DNA from: Candidatus Marsarchaeota archaeon
Lineage (GTDB): Archaea > Micrarchaeota > Micrarchaeia > Micrarchaeales > CABMGC01
Reading direction: 5' to 3'
Length of the DNA: 37,219 bases
NCBI GenBank assembly: GCA_023379075.1
Contig: JAMCSO010000026.1
Location: 1 to 37,219, forward strand
The position numbers were made by a program, and so were the translations under genes. The notes beneath the pieces were generated by a model that was given only the letters and a program-made list of their open reading frames with translations, did not search any database and was not told the DNA's origin. Of this stretch, positions 17,904-27,667 are shown one piece after another (the first letter of the stretch is position 1; every line of letters begins with the position of its first letter).

Positions 17904-20900
17904 ATGCTCCGAGAATATCTTATTGTAGCAACAATAGTATTGTCCCTGCTGATTACAGGAGCCAATGCGGTTTCTCCTCCTAATTCCATTATCACATACG
18001 TTCCAATATCTCTTACCAACAGCCAAAGCTCCGCATTCACATACAATTCCCAGGTGATGATATCAGTTAATTCGCTGGCGTACAAGAATCATGAGGCATC
18101 TAACCTCCGGAACATCGAGTTCTTCTATTTTAATGGGACGTTGATACCTAGTTGGCTTGAGGGAAATGCCACAGACGAGCTAAACGCAAAAAGCCTCTAT
18201 ACATCAATGAATACCATTTACTGGCTGAGGATAGTCCCTGCAAACACATTCCTTGCTGCGGATTCTTCAAACACTATATACATGGGTTTCGCTCCTGCCT
18301 CAAACAACCTGATTGACACGGGGATCACCGGCGAGGCCCCGCAACTGAGCTGCTCAGGTAATTCCGTAAATTCAATGGCATGCAATGGCACATACGCCCA
18401 ATATGACAATGGCGGAAACGTCTTCCCACTATATCTCAACTTCAACGGGGTTTCGCAACCCAGCGGCTGGACATCTGTTGACACCGGCGGAAGCTTCACT
18501 TTTGACAATGGGCTCATGGAATTCGCTGCGACTGGCGAGAGCGCAGCCATGTATGAGACAAACGGATTATACAATCCACAAGGCAATGTGATCGATGGCC
18601 TGTTCAGGTCTACTACATCTGGCTCCGATCAGCTTGTCGGTTGGACAGATAGCATTCCGACGGGCAATAATAACTCCTGGCGGGGCATAACCGGCAATGC
18701 CATCGGAGCAGGCGCTGGCGGAGGCTCTCCTGCCAAATTTGAACTCGTTTATGTCGACAACGGAATAAGTTCAAATGTAATGTATTCGGTAAATCCTGGC
18801 ACTCCCTTTGTGGCAAGCGCAAGCTGGCAGGGAAGCAGTGCAAGCGCAACATGGAATTATACAACTTCAGAGACAACGAACTCTGCAGTTTCAGAAAGCA
18901 GTGCATATCCGATGCTCTATGACAACAATGGCCAGACAGCAAGCTATCAATGGTTCAGGATGCGTCTCAATCCTCCGAACGGAGTAATGGCATCAGCACA
19001 ATTTAACAGCCTCGTCAGCCTCTTGCCTTCGCCTTCCATCTCCATTGCCAATGCGATCACGCCAAATTCAATAGACGTCGTTGTCAACTCTCCCTCTGAC
19101 AATGCGCTTGTAACTGCAACATGCTATTCTGGAGACACCTGTCAGATAGATAATTCCGCAGGCAATGTGCTTGCATCTGGCACTACTACTGCGACTCTCA
19201 CATACAACTCTCTGCCTTTGGGTTACTCCACTCTCTATGCAAACGATATAACTGACGGCATGGTCTCTGGCATTGCAAGCGTCACGAGGGTTACAGTTAT
19301 CAATTCCATCCCGTACACGTTCGTGAACAATGGCGATACGCCATTCTCGGCAAACACCTCGCTGAGCATAGACTTCAACGCCCTGGCCAACCAGAGCATA
19401 GAGTCAAACAGCCTGAATAACACATTGATATATTTCAAGAATGGCACTGTTGCGTATTCCTGGATTGAGGGCAACCAACTAAACCAATTCTCCCCAGCCA
19501 ACCAGCTCTACGAAGCAACAAATGTAATCATCTGGTTTAAGTCCCCACCATCCAACACATTCCTGCCTGCCGAAACAAAAGGGATTACCATGGCTACAGT
19601 GTATCTGGGCTTCTCAAATATCTCAAACAACATCATCGACGGCAACTTCACCGGCGAGGCACCATACCTGAGCAACAATTATGCAGAGTATGATAATGGC
19701 GGAAACGTCTTTGAGCTATATTTCAACGGAGATACTCCTATAAACAACTTTACCGTTGGCAACGGCTTCACTCTGACTCATGCTAGTGGTGTTACCATAA
19801 ACAATGAGGTAGTAAATGCGCTTCAAGTGCAGGGTTCATGCAGCTATCCATGCCTTTCTTATGTATATAACAAAGGCGCGCCAAACAAGCCCACAACACT
19901 ACAGGCAGCTGTAGCCAACAACCACCACGGTTCCAACCTTGCATCTATAGATATACAGAATAGCAATACTGCCGAGTCGTCCACCACAGATCTCGAGGCA
20001 GTCTACTCTGGCTACAGCGGCGCAGGTTTCTCCCTGGCTTACATACAATCAGGATCCTACTATGCAAACATTGATTCGCAGGGGAGCGTGACGACCAGCC
20101 TAGACTTTTATACTGTATACTATACTGGCTCTTCAAACAGCAGCTTTAAAGGCAGCATCTCCCCAACACTATACTCTGGCGGGTGGAGCGGCACAGTATC
20201 AACGAACCCACTGGCATCTGACAATACTTTGTACATAGGGGACGGGGTAGGCAACAATCCCAGTACGCCCACGAACGAGTATATCGAGTTTGCGAGAGCG
20301 CTAGTCCCGACCCCCCAAGGAGAATCATCCTCATCTTCTTCTTATACATTGCCAATCATAGCTGCGCCTTCTCCTTCTTCACAAGTCGTCACACAAGGGC
20401 AGAATGCAACCATCAACGACTCAGGGCTTTCCAAAGGCAAGGCACCGTATTCCTATCAATGGTACGCGTCTGTAAGCAGCATTCCCACACAGACAGCTGC
20501 AAATGCCCTTGAAGCAAACACCCTGCTTGGTATCGGCACCACGAGCGGCAAGGCGCAGTCTGAGAACGCACTCTTCACTACGAATGTTGTGACACCCACA
20601 GGCACATACTACTTCATCTTATATGGTACAGATTCGTATGGAACCACTCTCAATACAACTGCCGCATCTGTAACTGTGGTCCAACAACCTTCATCAAGCA
20701 ATGGACCAAGCCCAGAGAGGCAGATAACAATATCAGACAACATAAACTCTGCTTCAGATTCATCAGCGCCCGTAATCACCCTCAATTCTATAAAATATTA
20801 TCAGAACCAGCTACCTGCCAAAATCTTTATAGGCCCAAATACTGCAAATGTGATCTTCTCCTGCTCCGTGATCATAGGCAGCAACACCTTCGCCTACCAG

Positions 20901-21635
20901 AGCGATGTCTATGGGCTTGGGGAGGGATATTTTTGCAACCAGACATACATGACTTCTGTAGCTAACATTGAGGTTATATATGCAATGGAAAGCAGCACTA
21001 CGACTACTACAACAACGTCTATCACGACCTCAGCATCAACCACCACTTCAACAGTCTCTTCCACCACCATACCTTCTACTACAATCATCCCAATTCTGCC
21101 AATACCTGAATTTGAGCACTTGCTCGTTAACATATCAGCAGATTCACCAGCAACAATAAACATTACCGCATATGGCATACAGCTCGCCTTGATGACCACA
21201 TCGAACGTAATCACTCCTGTCAACGTGACCATATCAAATGTAACTAGGTACAGCTCCACACCGAGAAATTACAGTAAGATAGCCGTATTCGAACTTAATG
21301 AATCGCCTTCAGAGAACATAAGCGTCAACGTCGCCTTCTCGTTTGAGTGCAGTGCTGGACACACTCCCGTACCATTCATGCTTGTGAATGGGACATGGCA
21401 GCAGGTATACAACGCAGTGGCGCTGCAGAATCCTTGCAGGATAACCTTACTGGCACCATCAGGGCATCAGGTTGGCATATTCCAACCTGCGTCATCTTCA
21501 TCAAATGTGCCAACAGAAAATGTCTCGGAAACCACGACCAACTACTACCTAACTTACGCCACAGTTGCCATAATCAGCATACTAATACTATTCACGTACA
21601 CGAGAAGAAGGAAAAGGAAAGCATCACAATCATGA
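17904..21635 (+). CDS. Large cell-surface protein with two DUF2341-like repeats, Thr-rich linker and C-terminal TM anchor
   Basis: Signal peptide MLREYLIVATIVLSLLITGANA; duplicated module (N..F...NGT...SW.EGN...IW...NTFL...YxGF...TGEAP.LS..YA.YDNGGNVF.LY); poly-Thr stretch; TM plus RRRKRK tail. Confidence 0.85.
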   Translation: MLREYLIVATIVLSLLITGANAVSPPNSIITYVPISLTNSQSSAFTYNSQVMISVNSLAYKNHEASNLRNIEFFYFNGTLIPSWLEGNATDELNAKSLYTSMNTIYWLRIVPANTFLAADSSNTIYMGFAPASNNLIDTGITGEAPQLSCSGNSVNSMACNGTYAQYDNGGNVFPLYLNFNGVSQPSGWTSVDTGGSFTFDNGLMEFAATGESAAMYETNGLYNPQGNVIDGLFRSTTSGSDQLVGWTDSIPTGNNNSWRGITGNAIGAGAGGGSPAKFELVYVDNGISSNVMYSVNPGTPFVASASWQGSSASATWNYTTSETTNSAVSESSAYPMLYDNNGQTASYQWFRMRLNPPNGVMASAQFNSLVSLLPSPSISIANAITPNSIDVVVNSPSDNALVTATCYSGDTCQIDNSAGNVLASGTTTATLTYNSLPLGYSTLYANDITDGMVSGIASVTRVTVINSIPYTFVNNGDTPFSANTSLSIDFNALANQSIESNSLNNTLIYFKNGTVAYSWIEGNQLNQFSPANQLYEATNVIIWFKSPPSNTFLPAETKGITMATVYLGFSNISNNIIDGNFTGEAPYLSNNYAEYDNGGNVFELYFNGDTPINNFTVGNGFTLTHASGVTINNEVVNALQVQGSCSYPCLSYVYNKGAPNKPTTLQAAVANNHHGSNLASIDIQNSNTAESSTTDLEAVYSGYSGAGFSLAYIQSGSYYANIDSQGSVTTSLDFYTVYYTGSSNSSFKGSISPTLYSGGWSGTVSTNPLASDNTLYIGDGVGNNPSTPTNEYIEFARALVPTPQGESSSSSSYTLPIIAAPSPSSQVVTQGQNATINDSGLSKGKAPYSYQWYASVSSIPTQTAANALEANTLLGIGTTSGKAQSENALFTTNVVTPTGTYYFILYGTDSYGTTLNTTAASVTVVQQPSSSNGPSPERQITISDNINSASDSSAPVITLNSIKYYQNQLPAKIFIGPNTANVIFSCSVIIGSNTFAYQSDVYGLGEGYFCNQTYMTSVANIEVIYAMESSTTTTTTTSITTSASTTTSTVSSTTIPSTTIIPILPIPEFEHLLVNISADSPATINITAYGIQLALMTTSNVITPVNVTISNVTRYSSTPRNYSKIAVFELNESPSENISVNVAFSFECSAGHTPVPFMLVNGTWQQVYNAVALQNPCRITLLAPSGHQVGIFQPASSSSNVPTENVSETTTNYYLTYATVAIISILILFTYTRRRKRKASQS

Positions 21636-21744
21636 AGGTAATCCCGGCCTTCCCGAAAGCGATTTAATATACGGCCATCATACATATGGAATTCTAAACA
21701 AAGCCAGCCGCGATACTTGCAATTCATGCTCTGCAAATCTTTCT

Positions 21745-21999
21745 TTATCGATCCATAGCGCGGCTCTCTTCGCCTCTTGAAGCGCTGCATGTGGGTCTCA
21801 TCACTATTCGCAAGATCTCTAGATGCCATTTCGGCGCAGTCTGGCCTGCATCTAGATATAGCTTGTTGAAAGTCTCTAAAAGCCAACCCGAACCCGCGTT
21901 TTCTGATTTCCTGCTTGGTGTCTTGCCTCTGGTTTTGAACCCAGAGCCATAGATGCTAGATTTCAATGGGGCTGCCGAGATCTGAACTCCTTGTGTCAT
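21745..21999 (-). pseudogene. Possible degraded/hypothetical ORF
   Basis: ATG 12 nt beyond the tRNA-Arg 3' end opens 84 codons; an overlapping frame (21554-21886) is also open; no motif. Confidence 0.2.
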
Positions 22000-22011
22000 G
22001 TCCCATAGAAA

Positions 22012-22086
22012 CGGGCATGACGGGATTTGAACCCGCAACCACCTGGTCCGAAGCCAAGTGCGCTATCCAAGTTGCGCCACATGCCC
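22012..22086 (-). tRNA. tRNA-Arg(UCG)
   Basis: Reverse complement: GGGCATG/CATGCCC acceptor, GCGC/GCGC D-stem, CTTGG-CT-TCG-GA-CCAGG anticodon arm, GCGGG-TTCAAAT-CCCGT T-arm, discriminator G. Confidence 0.96.
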
Positions 22087-22181
22087 ACATCTATAATAAG
22101 CTGTGCAGTAGCTAAATACCTAACTGAAGAGCGCAACACCAAACCTTTTAACTTTTCATGATTATGTATTAATGTGATTTC

Positions 22182-22661
22182 ATGGTTGCTATAGGCGAGA
22201 AGACCCCAGACGTTAATCTTGTAGATACAGAACTCAGGCATACAAATCTTTCAAAAGCGATAGCAGGAAAGCCTGCAATAATAGCATTCTTTCCAGGAGC
22301 CTTTACCAGCGTCTGCACTGCAGAGCTATGCAAGTTCCGGGACAGCATGTCTGAATTTAACTCTATCAACGGAAGTGTTTATGCGATAAGTGTAGACGGA
22401 CCCTTCTCAAACAAGGCCTTCAAGGAGAAAAACCGCCTGAACTTCACAATACTTAGTGACTATAAGCGCGAAGCGGTAAAACTGTTCGGTATAGAACTGA
22501 ATAATTTTGCTAACCTTTCAGGCTATACTGCTGCAAAGAGAGCTGTTTTCATAACAGATCATAAAGGAACCGTGCGCTACAAATGGGTATCTGATGATCC
22601 AACAGTCGAGCCAAATTACAATGAGATAAAGAGGGCATTGGAATCTGCAAGCAAGGAATAA
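22182..22661 (+). CDS. Peroxiredoxin (BCP/PrxQ-type)
   Basis: FFPGAFTSVCTAELC (PxxxTxxC with CxxxxC), ISVD, LSD, KRAVF. Confidence 0.93.
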   Translation: MVAIGEKTPDVNLVDTELRHTNLSKAIAGKPAIIAFFPGAFTSVCTAELCKFRDSMSEFNSINGSVYAISVDGPFSNKAFKEKNRLNFTILSDYKREAVKLFGIELNNFANLSGYTAAKRAVFITDHKGTVRYKWVSDDPTVEPNYNEIKRALESASKE

Positions 22662-22686
22662 TAAAAATGAACCAATGATTTATGCC

Positions 22687-23103
22687 TTATGCCTCTACTC
22701 TCTCAACCATCTCAAGTCCATTAATGAACTCTTCCCTTATTTTTCCAAGAAGCTCCTTGTATTCTTTTCTCTCCTCCTTCGGTATTATGTGAAATAGCCA
22801 CATGGAGAACAGGTGGTCATTGATGTTTGAATTTACAACCTCCTCAACATCACCCTCACTAATGTCCTTCCACTTATCATTAAATGCGACAGCAGTCTCG
22901 CCGCTTATTGCATCCTTATCAAAATCTCCATCTCCGTGTACATATTTAAACGTCTTCCAAGAATGGTTTGAGGACAAGGCAGCTATAAGCATAGCTTTTT
23001 TTCTGAATTCAGCATCTTCCTGACAAAAATTTTTTTTCTTCGCAACCTTTTTTACCACAGAAACAAAGTACCCGTATTTATTGAAGATCATCCTATTTGG
23101 CAT
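22687..23103 (-). CDS. Hypothetical protein
   Basis: ~138-aa ORF with normal composition; no recognised motif. Confidence 0.55.
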   Translation of the reverse strand: MPNRMIFNKYGYFVSVVKKVAKKKNFCQEDAEFRKKAMLIAALSSNHSWKTFKYVHGDGDFDKDAISGETAVAFNDKWKDISEGDVEEVVNSNINDHLFSMWLFHIIPKEERKEYKELLGKIREEFINGLEMVERVEA

Positions 23104-23300
23104 CCAATCAACCACACATTCCCTATCTTATTAGAGAGCATATGCTTAATAAGACTACTGATGAATACCTTCTATTCCGAGCATAATTGATGAATTTAAT
23201 CTTCGTTGTGCTTTCCTTACATCTAGTCTAAAAGTACCACTTGAAGAAAACCTTATATAAATATTCATTACAATTGTTAAATCTAATTGCATGTGATTGT

Positions 23301-23726
23301 ATGATAACAGGAATAGAAATAAGCAAGGTAGAAGCGAATAGGAATCTCAATGATGTTATATCTAACATGAAATTCAATATCAACTTCGATGATGTTAAAG
23401 TCGAGAACGAAACAGTGAACGTTGCGTTTACTTTTACTGCAGTATATGAGAAAGGCGAACCCAGCAGCGAAGAGACTGTCGGAGATCTCAAGATAATTGG
23501 AACAATAATATCAAAAGAGGGAAAGAAGGAGACAGAAGAAATCAGCTCAACATGGAAGAGCAAGAAAACACTTCCAATAAGGTTCGCAGAAGATGTCATA
23601 AACCTTCTCAACTTTGAATGCGGAGCAAGAGGCACCCTGGTAGCATACTCTATAGGATTTGCAGCGCCTCTCCCATTATCGAGGGCAAAGCTCCAAGAGA
23701 CTAATGTGGGTTCAGGAGCCGCATAA
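23301..23726 (+). CDS. Conserved hypothetical protein (possible SecB-like fold)
   Basis: ATG after GTGATTGT with promoter AAAACCTTATATAA; four beta-strands then a helix and a PLPL C-terminal motif. Confidence 0.6.
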   Translation: MITGIEISKVEANRNLNDVISNMKFNINFDDVKVENETVNVAFTFTAVYEKGEPSSEETVGDLKIIGTIISKEGKKETEEISSTWKSKKTLPIRFAEDVINLLNFECGARGTLVAYSIGFAAPLPLSRAKLQETNVGSGAA

Positions 23727-23787
23727 TCCCGCTCTCTTTTTATTTTCTCTTTCAGGCACCATCTTTGGTGCACTGCCTGTGATTGTG

Positions 23788-26199
23788 ATGGAAGAAAAGG
23801 AGATATCAGGCATAGTTCTAGATGTGGATTATGTAACTATTGATGGGAATAGCAGAATACGAGTAACCCTAAAGAGTTCTGGAAAGACAATTCCATTGAT
23901 CGATCCGGAATTCAGACCCTATTTTTATCTAATACCAAAGAGCCCAAATTTTGGTCAGGAATCTCTTGCATCAACAACCATAATTGAGAATGGCGAGACG
24001 ATACGCGTTGCATCTGTGGGTTCTGCTGATGTAAGCCTCTCAGGAAAGCCCGCAAAGGCATTCAAGATCTTTGTAGAGAATACAAAACACGTTCCAAAAC
24101 TGAAAGACTACTTTGCGGAGTTTGGTGTATGCTACGAATACGATATCCTTTTCTGGAAGCGCTACCTGATCGATAAGCAAATAGTCCCTCTTCAAGGCGT
24201 ACTTGCAAAAGTTGAGGAGAGAGACAACACTCTTCTAATAAAAGAGATCCTGCCCGCAAAGGCTCCTGAAGAGAAATTAACACACATCTGCTTTGACATA
24301 GAGACGTATAACCCCCTAGGAATACCGAGACCGGACAAAGATCCTGTCATAATGATAAGCTATACTGACGCCCAGAAGAGCGCGATGCTTACTTTCAAAG
24401 AAGTAAGCAAGAACTTTGTAACTACACTATCTAGTGAGAGGGAGATAATATCTGAGTTTGTTAGTATAATCAGGAGAGGAGACTACGACCTGATTGTAGG
24501 CTACAACTCATCAAATTTTGATATACCTTATCTAATGGATCGTGCAGACGCAAACAAGGTTGATTTCAGCATATCAAGATATGGTGAGAAGGCAAGAAAA
24601 GAACATCATGGTCTGGTCGAAACAGTAAAAATTCCTGGAAGAATAAACTTGGATATTTACACTGTGGTCAAGTTCGTGTACATCGTTGGTGCATCTGAAA
24701 AATTGATAAAGGTCAATAGGCTTACTCTCGGAGACGTTTATGCAGCAATAACTGGTGACAAAAAATTAATGGTGGAAAAACGCGAAATCTGGCAGATGTG
24801 GGATGGTCCAAAAGAAGAATTAGATGAACTGTCAGAGTACTCAATGGCAGATTCCATCTCCTTAAATAAACTATTTGAATTCTTCATGCCCTTAGAGATA
24901 GAAATATCCAAAGTCGCAGGGACAACCCTCGCGGAGACCAGCATATCAACAACCGGCCAGCTTGTAGAGCACATTCTCATGCGATACGCCAGAGAAAATA
25001 ATGAGATGATACCAAACAAACCCTCAGAACGCGATATAAAAAATAGGCTAAGTAATCCAATAGAGGGCGCGTATGTCAAGTCTCCAGAAGCCGGAATATA
25101 TGATAATATAGCAGTATTCGACTTCCGCAGCCTATATCCTTCAATAATAATAGCGCATAATATAGACCCATCAACAATCTGCGATGATGAAAACAAAGAT
25201 CATTTTTCAACCCCAATAAACACGATGTTCAAAAAGAGCCCCACAGGTATAATCCCAAAAGTCCTCCGCATGCTCATAAACGAGAGAAAGGAAGTCAAAA
25301 AAGCGTACAAAGAGGATCCAAACAACATCTCTCTCGGAGCAAGATCTCAGGCACTCAAGATAATCGCAAATTCCTTTTATGGGTATCTTGGCTATGCCAG
25401 ATCCAGGTGGTATTCCAGGGATTGTGCTGCCAGCGTTACCGCCCTTGGGAGAGCTTACATAACGAAGATCATGGAAGATGCAGAAAGATCCGGTTTCAAG
25501 GTTCTTTACGGAGATACAGATTCCATCTTTCTCCAGCTTGGTTCTAAGAGTAAAGAAGACGCTATTGGATTCATGAGGAAAGTAAACGAATCCCTTCCTG
25601 ATACGATGGAGCTCGAGCTAGACGACCTATACACTCGCGGAGTATTCGTTGGAAAACGCGGGAGCAGTGGCGGCGCAAAGAAGAAGTATGCAATGCTCTC
25701 AGAATCCGGAAGAATAAAAATAAAAGGATTCGAGCTTGTAAGAAGGGATTGGTCTAATATCGCAAGAGAGACACAGAAGAAGGTACTGGAAACCATACTA
25801 AAGGAAGGCAGCAAGGAGAAGGCGGTCAATATACTCCGCGATGTTGTAAGTGACCTGAAGGCAGGGACTGTCGAGAAAAAGGACCTGGTAATATATACTC
25901 AACTCAGAAAGAAGATAGATAGCTACGACTCCACCTCCCCAGAGCTCGCCGCAGCAAAGAAGGCAATAAAGAGGGGAGACAAAAGGCGCGACGAGTTGGA
26001 AAATGCGGCTCTTGGATATATAATAACAAAAACAGGGAGCAGCATATCAGACAAAGCAGAGTTAGAGGAATTCGCAAAAGATTATGATCCTGACTATTAC
26101 ATCAATCACCAAGTAATTCCCGCAACCCTGAAGATACTGAAAGAGTTGGGTTTCTCCGAAGACGAATTGAAGAATGGCGGAGCCCAAAAAAGACTGTGA
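23788..26199 (+). CDS. polB: Family B DNA polymerase (archaeal PolB3-type)
   Basis: ExoI FDIETY, ExoII YNSSNFD, ExoIII YSMAD, DFRSLYPSII, KIIANSFYGY, YGDTDS, KKKYA, KGFELVRRDW; no intein. Confidence 0.97.
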   Translation: MEEKEISGIVLDVDYVTIDGNSRIRVTLKSSGKTIPLIDPEFRPYFYLIPKSPNFGQESLASTTIIENGETIRVASVGSADVSLSGKPAKAFKIFVENTKHVPKLKDYFAEFGVCYEYDILFWKRYLIDKQIVPLQGVLAKVEERDNTLLIKEILPAKAPEEKLTHICFDIETYNPLGIPRPDKDPVIMISYTDAQKSAMLTFKEVSKNFVTTLSSEREIISEFVSIIRRGDYDLIVGYNSSNFDIPYLMDRADANKVDFSISRYGEKARKEHHGLVETVKIPGRINLDIYTVVKFVYIVGASEKLIKVNRLTLGDVYAAITGDKKLMVEKREIWQMWDGPKEELDELSEYSMADSISLNKLFEFFMPLEIEISKVAGTTLAETSISTTGQLVEHILMRYARENNEMIPNKPSERDIKNRLSNPIEGAYVKSPEAGIYDNIAVFDFRSLYPSIIIAHNIDPSTICDDENKDHFSTPINTMFKKSPTGIIPKVLRMLINERKEVKKAYKEDPNNISLGARSQALKIIANSFYGYLGYARSRWYSRDCAASVTALGRAYITKIMEDAERSGFKVLYGDTDSIFLQLGSKSKEDAIGFMRKVNESLPDTMELELDDLYTRGVFVGKRGSSGGAKKKYAMLSESGRIKIKGFELVRRDWSNIARETQKKVLETILKEGSKEKAVNILRDVVSDLKAGTVEKKDLVIYTQLRKKIDSYDSTSPELAAAKKAIKRGDKRRDELENAALGYIITKTGSSISDKAELEEFAKDYDPDYYINHQVIPATLKILKELGFSEDELKNGGAQKRL

Positions 26200-26203
26200 T
26201 ACA

Positions 26204-27100
26204 ATGGCAGAATATAATTTCGAAGAACTCAAAAAAGTGGCTAAAGCATCGAGCGAAGCGCTTGAGCATTCGCGCAGTGCAGTAAAGGATGGGAGAACCC
26301 TCTTGGAAGTTGCCGAAGAGATAGAATCTTTCATTAAAAATAAGGGATATGCTCTTGCATTTCCCGTGAACATCTCTATAAATGAGATAGCGGCACACTA
26401 TACTCCCGGGCGCGATGATACTTCTGTTTTCGAAAAAGGGGATGTTGTAAAGATAGACCTTGGCGCAAGAAAAGGCTTTTATCTGGGGGACTGCGCTATA
26501 ACAATAGACCTCTCTGAAGGCGAACATGAAAAGATGATACATGCTGCCGAGGAGGCTCTGGAAGCTGCGACAAGCCTGGTAAAAGCTGGCAGGAGGGTTT
26601 GCGAGATCGGGGGGGAGATAGAATCCGTCTCCAAGAAGTACGGCTTTATCCCTGTAAAAAACCTCGGTGGTCACTGTATAGAGGAAGAGGAACTGCACGC
26701 AAGCATATTCATTCCAAATTACGACAATGGTGATCAGACAACGCTGGAGGAAGGTCAGATAATATCAATAGAGCCATTCCTTACAAACGGGGCTGGTTTT
26801 GTGAAAGAGACAGAAACTGTTGGGATATTCCAGAAAGGAGGAGATATCCGAACACGACTACCAGCCACAAGAGAAATCGTTGAGTACATAGATAAAAATT
26901 ATTTAACGTATCCTTTTGCAATGAGATGGCTTGAACGGTCGTTTGATAGCTTTAAGGCCAGAAGGGCTATCTCAGAGCTCCTCGGAGGTGGCGTTCTGGA
27001 AGAGTTTCCAGTCCTTGTCGAAGAAAAAGGCGGGATTGTTGTCCAGGCAGAGAAGGAATTCATTGTAGAGAAAGATTCGTGCACAGTGCTTACTCGCTGA
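26204..27100 (+). CDS. map: Methionine aminopeptidase type II
   Basis: AFPVNISINEIAAHYTP, KIDLG, DCAIT, NLGGH, IEPF, archaeal helical insertion (YPFAMRWL), QAE. Confidence 0.95.
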   Translation: MAEYNFEELKKVAKASSEALEHSRSAVKDGRTLLEVAEEIESFIKNKGYALAFPVNISINEIAAHYTPGRDDTSVFEKGDVVKIDLGARKGFYLGDCAITIDLSEGEHEKMIHAAEEALEAATSLVKAGRRVCEIGGEIESVSKKYGFIPVKNLGGHCIEEEELHASIFIPNYDNGDQTTLEEGQIISIEPFLTNGAGFVKETETVGIFQKGGDIRTRLPATREIVEYIDKNYLTYPFAMRWLERSFDSFKARRAISELLGGGVLEEFPVLVEEKGGIVVQAEKEFIVEKDSCTVLTR

Positions 27101-27102
27101 AG

Positions 27103-27567
27103 TCACCTTCTCTTTCTATCTTTATTAAATACTGCGACTATCTTCTTGAATTCGTTTGGAGACTCAAAATTATGGTATACACTTGCAAAGCGTATGTATG
27201 CTACGGGATCTAGCTTAAGTAGCTCCCTAATAACCCTGTCTCCTATCTCTCTGCTTCCAACCTCCCGCTTTCCCTTGGCCCTAAGGTCCCTCTCTATCTT
27301 TGCGACTACCGCCTCCATCTTTTCCCTACCTATCGGCCTTTTTTCACAGGCTCTTATTATTCCATCGAGTATCTTGTTCCTATCGAAGCCTTCTCTTGTG
27401 TTATCCTTCTTAATCACGGTCATGTTAAAAAGATCTATCTTTTCGTAAGTCGTAAATCTTTTCTTACACGACGAGCACATCCTTCTTCTGCGTATGCTGT
27501 TTCCGTCTATTGCTTCCCGTGAATCAAGAACTTCAGATTCGCTCTTACCGCAGAAAGGGCATCTCAT
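27103..27567 (-). CDS. nrdR: Transcriptional repressor NrdR
   Basis: MRCPFCG...VLDSR...IRRRRMC..C..RFTTYE zinc ribbon, ATP-cone VIKKD..RE.FDR.KI, EIG, D.VAYIRFASVY. Confidence 0.97.
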   Translation of the reverse strand: MRCPFCGKSESEVLDSREAIDGNSIRRRRMCSSCKKRFTTYEKIDLFNMTVIKKDNTREGFDRNKILDGIIRACEKRPIGREKMEAVVAKIERDLRAKGKREVGSREIGDRVIRELLKLDPVAYIRFASVYHNFESPNEFKKIVAVFNKDRKRR

Positions 27568-27600
27568 TTGCACACTACTTGTAGCATTAGACTACTTCAA

Positions 27601-27616
27601 ATACAATATATTGTGT
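27601..27616. promoter_or_regulatory. NrdR box
   Basis: ATACAATATATTGTGT matches 15/16 positions of the consensus acaCwAtATaTwGtgt; lies between divergent nrdR and rnhA. A weaker second box ACACTACTTGTAGCAT is at 27572-27587. Confidence 0.8.
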
Positions 27617-27667
27617 ATAAACATTTAAATGGGATGGTGCTTTATAATGTTATCCTGTGGTGATCCC

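Noticed and set aside
20990..21085. ACT/ACA/ACC-rich repetitive DNA
   Set aside because: Encodes the Thr/Ser stalk; not a CRISPR array or satellite.
21745..22241. ORF-track frames running through 22012-22086
   Set aside because: They overlap tRNA-Arg; the extensions are spurious.
26102..26698. 198-aa antisense ORF (and other long antisense ORFs)
   Set aside because: Lie opposite well-supported genes and carry no motifs.
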